From positions 1-31,664 of the forward strand of contig JAUQYZ020000195.1 in the NCBI GenBank assembly GCA_030587475.2: a stretch of DNA of 31,664 nt, written 5' to 3'. The translations under genes and the position numbers were made by a program. Every line of letters begins with the position of its first letter. Position 1 is the stretch's first letter. The stretch comes from Candidatus Sigynarchaeum calidifontis. Its GTDB lineage: Archaea > Asgardarchaeota > Lokiarchaeia > Sigyniarchaeales > Sigyniarchaeaceae. This document shows, piece by piece, positions 25,921-31,664 of this stretch. Below the pieces are notes generated by a model. It saw nothing but the letters and a program-made list of their open reading frames with translations. It was not told where the DNA came from and made no database searches.

Positions 25921-26877
25921 ATGGATGGGAAGACCGTGAGTTCCGGGATCACGACGTTTCTAGCAGAGTGGGACGAAAACACGGGACCGAAGATAATCGA
26001 TTCGTACCCTGCATCGAAAAAAATTGATTTGGAAGATATAACGATGCAAATATTCACCGGTTTCCAGACCGTGTTCGGCACATCGGATGACGTCGCGTTC
26101 GACCGGACTAACCTAATTCTCCCGCTGAAGTCGCACAAGGTCACCGCGAAAATCTTGTTGGATTCCTACCGTTCCAAGCGAGTCCGGGGCGGCCGATTAC
26201 CGTTCATCGTGGCATTTCTCGTGCCGGTGAAGTTTTACGAGCGCGAGCTCCACGTGTACAACGATATTCAAGAACGGATCGTCGACCAGTACGCGAAGGC
26301 CAAAGTCATCGAGATGAAGGCCTATTTCGACGAGGTCGTCCAGATAACGGAGAAGCTCGCGATGGACACGCGGGAAAAGGCCGAGGCCCTGCTGAAAAAG
26401 AAGGATTACTGGGAATCCGTGGAGGAATTCCGCAACGCGCTCTTCTTGTTCAAGTTGACGAAAAACACCGAAGCAACGGAAGATACCTTGAAGAGAATGG
26501 AAGCGGCCATCACCAGGTACTCGAAAGAGATACTGGACGAGGTTAACGAGAAGATCAAGGCAGGCAACTGGGCACAAGCAGAGAAGGATCACTTGTTGAC
26601 CGTGCGCCTCGCCAAGGAAGTCAAGAACGAGAAGATCATCGACCTCTTCACGGGCAAGATGAACGATTTCTACGGGAGCTGGATCAAGGTGCTGGAGAAG
26701 GAGGCGAAGGCGGCGCAGAAGGCCAATGATCCCGCTACCACCAGGGCCATCCAAGAGAAGATCGTCAAGCTGGCGCAAAAAACCAAGGATGAGAAGCTGA
26801 TCAAGAAAAAAGAAAAGGATCTTGGCAAAGTCGCGCCACAACAGCCCGACGAAGCTGGCTTAGACGAAGAGGAATGA
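25921..26877 (+). CDS. uDENN/longin-like domain + tandem alpha-helical repeats
   Basis: N-terminal FLAEWDENTGPKIIDSYP and RVRGGRLPFIVAF, then three helical repeats at a 54-aa period and an acidic tail. Confidence 0.7.
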   Translation: MDGKTVSSGITTFLAEWDENTGPKIIDSYPASKKIDLEDITMQIFTGFQTVFGTSDDVAFDRTNLILPLKSHKVTAKILLDSYRSKRVRGGRLPFIVAFLVPVKFYERELHVYNDIQERIVDQYAKAKVIEMKAYFDEVVQITEKLAMDTREKAEALLKKKDYWESVEEFRNALFLFKLTKNTEATEDTLKRMEAAITRYSKEILDEVNEKIKAGNWAQAEKDHLLTVRLAKEVKNEKIIDLFTGKMNDFYGSWIKVLEKEAKAAQKANDPATTRAIQEKIVKLAQKTKDEKLIKKKEKDLGKVAPQQPDEAGLDEEE

Positions 26878-27834
26878 TTTCACGAGCCACTTGAAGTTTT
26901 CCTCGATGCCCTCGCTGTTCACGGCACTGCATAGGCCGATCCGGTAGTTCAAGCCACTGATCTTGCCTGGCTTCAACAACGCGTCGATCGATTTTTCCGT
27001 GAACGACGGGTTCAAGTCGATCTTGTTGCCGAGGATCAAGACAGGCGTGTTTTCGGCGACCTTGTTCGGGCCATCCTTTTTAAAGAGGTTTTCGATCATG
27101 CGGTCGAACTCGCGCTTCGATTCCTCGAGCTGCTCCTTGCTCGCGGTCGCGTCGATCACGAAAATCACGGCATTGGGGTTCACGTTCTGATCGTACCAGC
27201 GCTCGCGGATTTTCTCTTGCCCGCCCAGATCATAAATGTTGAACTTGAACGCATCGACGGCAGACTTGATGATTTGCATGCCGAGGGTTGGTTTTATCCC
27301 GGGATTGAACTTCTTGCCCGTTACCACGTTGATGATGGAGGATTTGCCGACTGCTTGGAGCCCGAGGATCAGCATCTTGCCAGGCTTCTGCGCTTCGGGT
27401 TTACGTCTGCAAGCTTCATATGCGTCCGTGATTAATAGTTTGATCAGCTTGTTGGCTTTTTCAATGCCTGGATCTTTTTTATCGCTTTTAACGTAGAAAC
27501 CCTTGTACCCGTCCTTTATTCCCTTTAGCGCGGTCGCGAACTTGGACAGCGTTGATTCGAAAATCGATGGCTTGAGATCCTCGTCGACCGTGAGGCTGAG
27601 CATTGCCATCTCCTTGTTACCCCGTGCCCATTGACTGTCCATGAAGAAGAGATAATTTGCGCACGAGAATGGCTCGCCACCGATCTTCGAGTGATGCTCG
27701 AAGAATCCTTCTCCCTCTGAAACGTCAAATAAACGGACGAGCGCCGCTTCGATGTCCTTGGACACGGCTTTTGGGATGGCATCGAACGCGATCGGCCCGC
27801 TCTGGTTGTCGAAATGCATGAGAACCAAGATCAT
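26860..27834 (-). CDS. uDENN/longin-like domain fused to an Arf-family-like small GTPase
   Basis: N-terminal LMHFDNQSGPIAFDAIP and DSQWARGNKE. G1 GLQAVGKS, G2 PTLG, G3 YDLGGQ...IRERW, G4 NKID, G5 CSA, terminal GIEENFKWL. ATG 27834 preferred (324 aa). Confidence 0.9.
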   Translation of the reverse strand: MILVLMHFDNQSGPIAFDAIPKAVSKDIEAALVRLFDVSEGEGFFEHHSKIGGEPFSCANYLFFMDSQWARGNKEMAMLSLTVDEDLKPSIFESTLSKFATALKGIKDGYKGFYVKSDKKDPGIEKANKLIKLLITDAYEACRRKPEAQKPGKMLILGLQAVGKSSIINVVTGKKFNPGIKPTLGMQIIKSAVDAFKFNIYDLGGQEKIRERWYDQNVNPNAVIFVIDATASKEQLEESKREFDRMIENLFKKDGPNKVAENTPVLILGNKIDLNPSFTEKSIDALLKPGKISGLNYRIGLCSAVNSEGIEENFKWLVKSFLFV

Positions 27835-28014
27835 TTTCCCAGCGACCTTTTTTCGAGTAATGGTCAATGATCTCCCCGGGCGGCACAAATATTTAATTGC
27901 GAATCAATTGTTGGAGCCAGCAAGAAATCATGACATAATATACCGTGAGATAGATTCTATACACGATAATGGTGGATTTGTAACGATAACCACGTGAACC
28001 ACCCGTGCATCTTC

Positions 28015-29442
28015 ATGAAAGTTCTCCTCGTCCAACCAGATTACCCGCTGAATCACAAGTACAATCCAAAGAATGCTTTCATGCTACCACCGCTCGGCCT
28101 TGAATGCATAGCTGCACATGTGCAAGACATAGCTGAAACCCGCATCGTCGATAACCGGCTGCACGGATTGTCCTGGATCCGAGCGGAAATCCAGCGGTTT
28201 CGTCCCGATATTATTGGCATCAGCTGTAGTTTCAGCATGGGGATAGGGCGCGGGCTCGAGATCGCGAGGATTGCCAAGCAGCACGGCGCGACCACGGTGC
28301 TTGGCGGCTGGCACCCCACGCTGCTCGTGGACGAGGTCATCGCGTCGCCTTACATCGACATCATCGTGCGATCGGAGGGCGAGTTGACATTCCGGGAGCT
28401 CGTCGAGCGTGGCACCCCCGTCGGCGTCGCTGGACTCTCCTACAAGCAAGATGGCAAGGTAATCAACAACCCGGATCGCCCCCTCGCCGACATGAACCAG
28501 TTCAAGCTTCCAGCCCGGGATCTCCTCACGGCAAGCTCGAAGCGCGCGTATGGCATCTTTGGATACCCCATGGACGTCATTGAATCGAGCCGTGGATGCC
28601 CGTTCAGGTGTACTTTTTGCGCTATTCATAATTTCTATCGGAAAACGTACCGGCATCGCTCGGTCCCGCATATAATGCAGGAGCTGCGCCAGATCCGGAA
28701 AACATGCCGCTCCGTATACTTCATCGACGACAATTTCATGGTTGACATACGCCACGTGTCACGCCTCTGCGACGAGATTATTCGGACGCGCTTGAACATG
28801 GTCTTCATGACCACGACGCGGGCAGACACCGTTGTCAAACATCCAGACTTGTTCAAGAAGATGGCCATGGCTGGTTTTATCCTCGTGTTCATCGGATTGG
28901 AAAGCTTTTCAAACAAATCGCTCAAGGAGCTAAATAAACAACTCGACTTCCAGCAGACGATGACGGCGATCAAGATCCTTCACGACCTCGGTTACATCAT
29001 CCAGGGAAACGTGATTCTCGGTGCGAGTCTCTCGGACACAGAGGTTGATTTGCAGAGAACCATCAAGATTTCGAAATATCTCGGGGTGGACGTGCCCACG
29101 TTCTCCATACTCACCCCTTTCCCGGGCACTGACCTCATGCGGGAGGTCCAGGAGAAACACCTTCTCATCAAGACCAACTGGCGCGATTTCAACTGGGTGA
29201 CCCCGACTATACGCTACCAGAACTTGACGCCCGAACAGCTGGTGAAATACCACTTGAAGGCCTACGAAGAAGTCCCCTTTTTCTCCCGCTCAGGACAGAG
29301 ACTTTTCAGGATGCTCCGCGCAAGGAAAATCACCTTCTACATCTCGCGTTTTCTCAATAAAGAAACGTTGAGGGGCTTTGTCTCGATGTCGGTCAACGGG
29401 ATCCATAGATTCCTCAACAAGCGACGACCAACCGCTCCATAA
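28015..29442 (+). CDS. B12-binding domain radical SAM enzyme
   Basis: MKVLLVQP, PPLGL, PDIIGIS, GGWHPT, SRGCPFRCTFC (CxxxCxxC), IDDNF, IGLES, LTPFPGT. Alternative GTG start at 27994. Confidence 0.93.
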   Translation: MKVLLVQPDYPLNHKYNPKNAFMLPPLGLECIAAHVQDIAETRIVDNRLHGLSWIRAEIQRFRPDIIGISCSFSMGIGRGLEIARIAKQHGATTVLGGWHPTLLVDEVIASPYIDIIVRSEGELTFRELVERGTPVGVAGLSYKQDGKVINNPDRPLADMNQFKLPARDLLTASSKRAYGIFGYPMDVIESSRGCPFRCTFCAIHNFYRKTYRHRSVPHIMQELRQIRKTCRSVYFIDDNFMVDIRHVSRLCDEIIRTRLNMVFMTTTRADTVVKHPDLFKKMAMAGFILVFIGLESFSNKSLKELNKQLDFQQTMTAIKILHDLGYIIQGNVILGASLSDTEVDLQRTIKISKYLGVDVPTFSILTPFPGTDLMREVQEKHLLIKTNWRDFNWVTPTIRYQNLTPEQLVKYHLKAYEEVPFFSRSGQRLFRMLRARKITFYISRFLNKETLRGFVSMSVNGIHRFLNKRRPTAP

Positions 29443-29620
29443 GGGTAATCTAACTCGGGCAGCGCGCCGCGTGACCGCGGCCATACAGTGCCTCCAATAA
29501 TGTTAGATGCTGAAGATCCTAGAACCACCACCTATTTCAAAAAAGGTATAAGATCCGTGGAGTCATATTCCAATAGCAAGCTGGCTGGGAATTGCTCGAA
29601 ACACGTAGAGGCGCTGGGCA

Positions 29621-30709
29621 TTGCGACATCTCGGTGGCAAGAAAACGCTGCGGTATTGCGGGTGGATGGTCGGGATCTCCTATTGTGCCCCCGAGCCAGG
29701 GGGGGTCACGCATGACCACTTGCACGGGCTACTTCACGAGATGCGCGAGCACGACATGAATTACCTTAGCCTGATGATGCAAAGCTATGCCTATTTCGAT
29801 CCCGTCCATGACGGGTATGCATGGCCCGTTGGCAATCCTCGCCTCGCCGGGTACATCGATGAAAAAAACATCAACGCCCGAGCGGAATCCGAGTTCGTTT
29901 CGCGCATCTTGCAAGAAGCAGAGCAGCTCGGGATCGTCGTCGAGATGACGCTCAACTGGGGGATCTGGAACCATGCACGTATCATCGATGCTTACCCGGA
30001 GGCCAGCCTCCAGTGCGACAAGGATGGCATGCCGCTTCCGGGCTCCCTTCACTGCCCGGACTCGCCGGGCGCCTGGCAGCTTGGCCTTGACGAGGTGGTC
30101 GATCTTCTATCGTTTTATGGCAAGTACCCGGCCTTGAAGCGGTTCGCGTTCGAGCGCATCAGCTATGCCGGAAAAAAAGGGTGCTTCTGCCCCCACACCA
30201 GGACGGCGTTCGCCACCCAGCACGCCACGTCGATGGAGCGCGCGTCCACCGCTGAACTGGTTCGCTGGAAATCAACGAACATTGGATGTAAGATCGCGGA
30301 ATACACGTCATTCATCAAATCAAGGTTTCCTCGCATCGAGATTGGCTGCTCTACGGTCGGGAACCCGCATTGGGGGCACGATCTTGCCAAGTTCAACGAG
30401 TGGGGCATCAACTACGTCCAACCCCACACGATCCAGTTCAAAACGGGGAAACGACAGCTTCTCCGCACGTGGGCACGCGTATCCCCGAACCCGATGATCT
30501 TGCACTTCGACTTGCGCGACCGCGCGCCTCAAAACTACCCGATCTGGCAAAAGACGCCAAAGATCATCAGGCAAGTCTTGTCCTGGGTGAAAAACGCCCC
30601 CGTCACGAACCTCGATGGAATCCTCTTCTTTAACGAGCCCGTGGTTCCTAAACCAAACCGTGAAGCGATGTACGACACACTGGCTAGCTCGTTTACTATC
30701 GGCGTTTGA
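29621..30709 (+). CDS. Hypothetical protein, probable TIM-barrel glycoside-hydrolase-like
   Basis: Pattern LHEMREHDMNYLSLM ... ILQEAEQLGIVV ... LHCPDSP ... FERISY ... GCFCPH resembles GHL10/GH42-type barrels. Start uncertain. Confidence 0.55.
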   Translation: MRHLGGKKTLRYCGWMVGISYCAPEPGGVTHDHLHGLLHEMREHDMNYLSLMMQSYAYFDPVHDGYAWPVGNPRLAGYIDEKNINARAESEFVSRILQEAEQLGIVVEMTLNWGIWNHARIIDAYPEASLQCDKDGMPLPGSLHCPDSPGAWQLGLDEVVDLLSFYGKYPALKRFAFERISYAGKKGCFCPHTRTAFATQHATSMERASTAELVRWKSTNIGCKIAEYTSFIKSRFPRIEIGCSTVGNPHWGHDLAKFNEWGINYVQPHTIQFKTGKRQLLRTWARVSPNPMILHFDLRDRAPQNYPIWQKTPKIIRQVLSWVKNAPVTNLDGILFFNEPVVPKPNREAMYDTLASSFTIGV

Positions 30710-30788
30710 AAAACTCGCAAAACTGTTATCGAAAGGTTTTCCAAGGACGAGCCATGTTGATGCATGCTGGATTAAAGCGGTGCTGATC

Positions 30789-31664
30789 GTGGATCCACGA
30801 GCCGACGGGACTTTGGAGGGGGAACACGCACTGCTGCGGTTGGTCGAAAAAGGCAAGACGGAACTCGACGGCAGCAGCGCCAGTCTGGAACGCTTGCTCC
30901 AAGCATTCAGCAACCTGGGCGGCTTTTACCAGCTCTCCGGGCATCTAGATGAAGCCGAGACCACGTACAAGGAGGCCATTGACTTCAAGGTGACATGCGC
31001 GCCTGAAATGGTTGACGCAAACGTGATGTTCGTGCTCAGCTCGATCCACACGGAACTGGGAATCGTTGACCGGAAGCGTGAAAAATTCGCCGATGCGGTT
31101 CCTCAATTCGAGGCCGCGCTCGATATTAGAAAGAAACTTGCCGAGGAGAATCCAGTTTCGTACAACTCGCAACTTGCCGAGGCCTGGAACAACATCGGTA
31201 CCGCCATGCGCAAGGTTGGCAAGCACGGCGAAGCATTGAAAGCTTTCCAGCAAGCACTGGAGATGCGGAAGGAGCTCGTCGCGTCGGGCACGCCCGAGAG
31301 CCACCATGATCTCGCCAACACCTACGCGAGCATGGGTACCTTGTTCCGGGAGCAAGGGAACCTCGAGGAATCAAAGGCCGCGTTCGAGGCCGCGCTCGAC
31401 GCCCACAAAAAGATTCCAGCGGGGCAGGTTGGGCCATTCATGGCCACGCGTGCCAATTTGTTCAATAATCTCGGTGTCGTGAAAGGCGACTTGAAAGACT
31501 TCGAGGGCGCGCTGGAATCGTTCCGCAAAGCGCTGGCCATATACGAGAAAGCGGGCGGCACGGGAGCCGCGTCCCGAATGCCGGAAATGGCAATGGTATG
31601 CAACAACATGGCCAGCGCTTACCAGGCCACAGGCCAGCTTGATGCAGCCGAGCGGGCGTTTCTC
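30789..31664 (+). CDS. TPR-repeat protein, runs off the window end
   Basis: Open frame to the end with repeated units FSNLGGFYQLSGHLDEAETTYKEA, WNNIGTAMRKVGKHGEALKAFQQAL, FNNLGVVKGDLKDFEGALESFRKAL. GTG start at 30789 or 30780. Absent from the ORF track. Confidence 0.9.
   Translation, partial: MDPRADGTLEGEHALLRLVEKGKTELDGSSASLERLLQAFSNLGGFYQLSGHLDEAETTYKEAIDFKVTCAPEMVDANVMFVLSSIHTELGIVDRKREKFADAVPQFEAALDIRKKLAEENPVSYNSQLAEAWNNIGTAMRKVGKHGEALKAFQQALEMRKELVASGTPESHHDLANTYASMGTLFREQGNLEESKAAFEAALDAHKKIPAGQVGPFMATRANLFNNLGVVKGDLKDFEGALESFRKALAIYEKAGGTGAASRMPEMAMVCNNMASAYQATGQLDAAERAFL

Overview
Gene-dense prokaryotic window with about 22 CDSs. I found no rRNA, tRNA, CRISPR array or transposase. 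The gene content suggests an Asgard archaeon of the Lokiarchaeia type; this is an inference from a longin-fused Arf-like GTPase, stand-alone 7TM proteins and ectodomains rich in N-glycosylation sequons. The window holds carbohydrate-active genes (truncated GH43, an oxidoreductase/GH93-like/MFS/GH2 cluster, an ARSK-like sulfatase, a TIM-barrel GH-like protein), a Cys1-less PurF, a cold-shock protein with a Gly/Tyr/Arg tail, a membrane-anchored CocE/NonD hydrolase, a MOP flippase, a three-gene phosphorelay, a lipase, a B12 radical SAM enzyme and a partial TPR gene. The best candidate for a new system is the convergent, overlapping pair at 25921-27834. Both genes begin with a FLCN/SMCR8-type uDENN-longin domain that keeps the Arg-Gly motif used as the GAP arginine finger in eukaryotes. 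One is fused to an Arf-like GTPase and the other to 54-residue helical repeats. The second candidate is a signal peptide + beta-rich ectodomain + 7TM protein (9578-10780) with a GOST-like layout. All family calls come from reading motifs and from recalled reference sequences; no searches were run.
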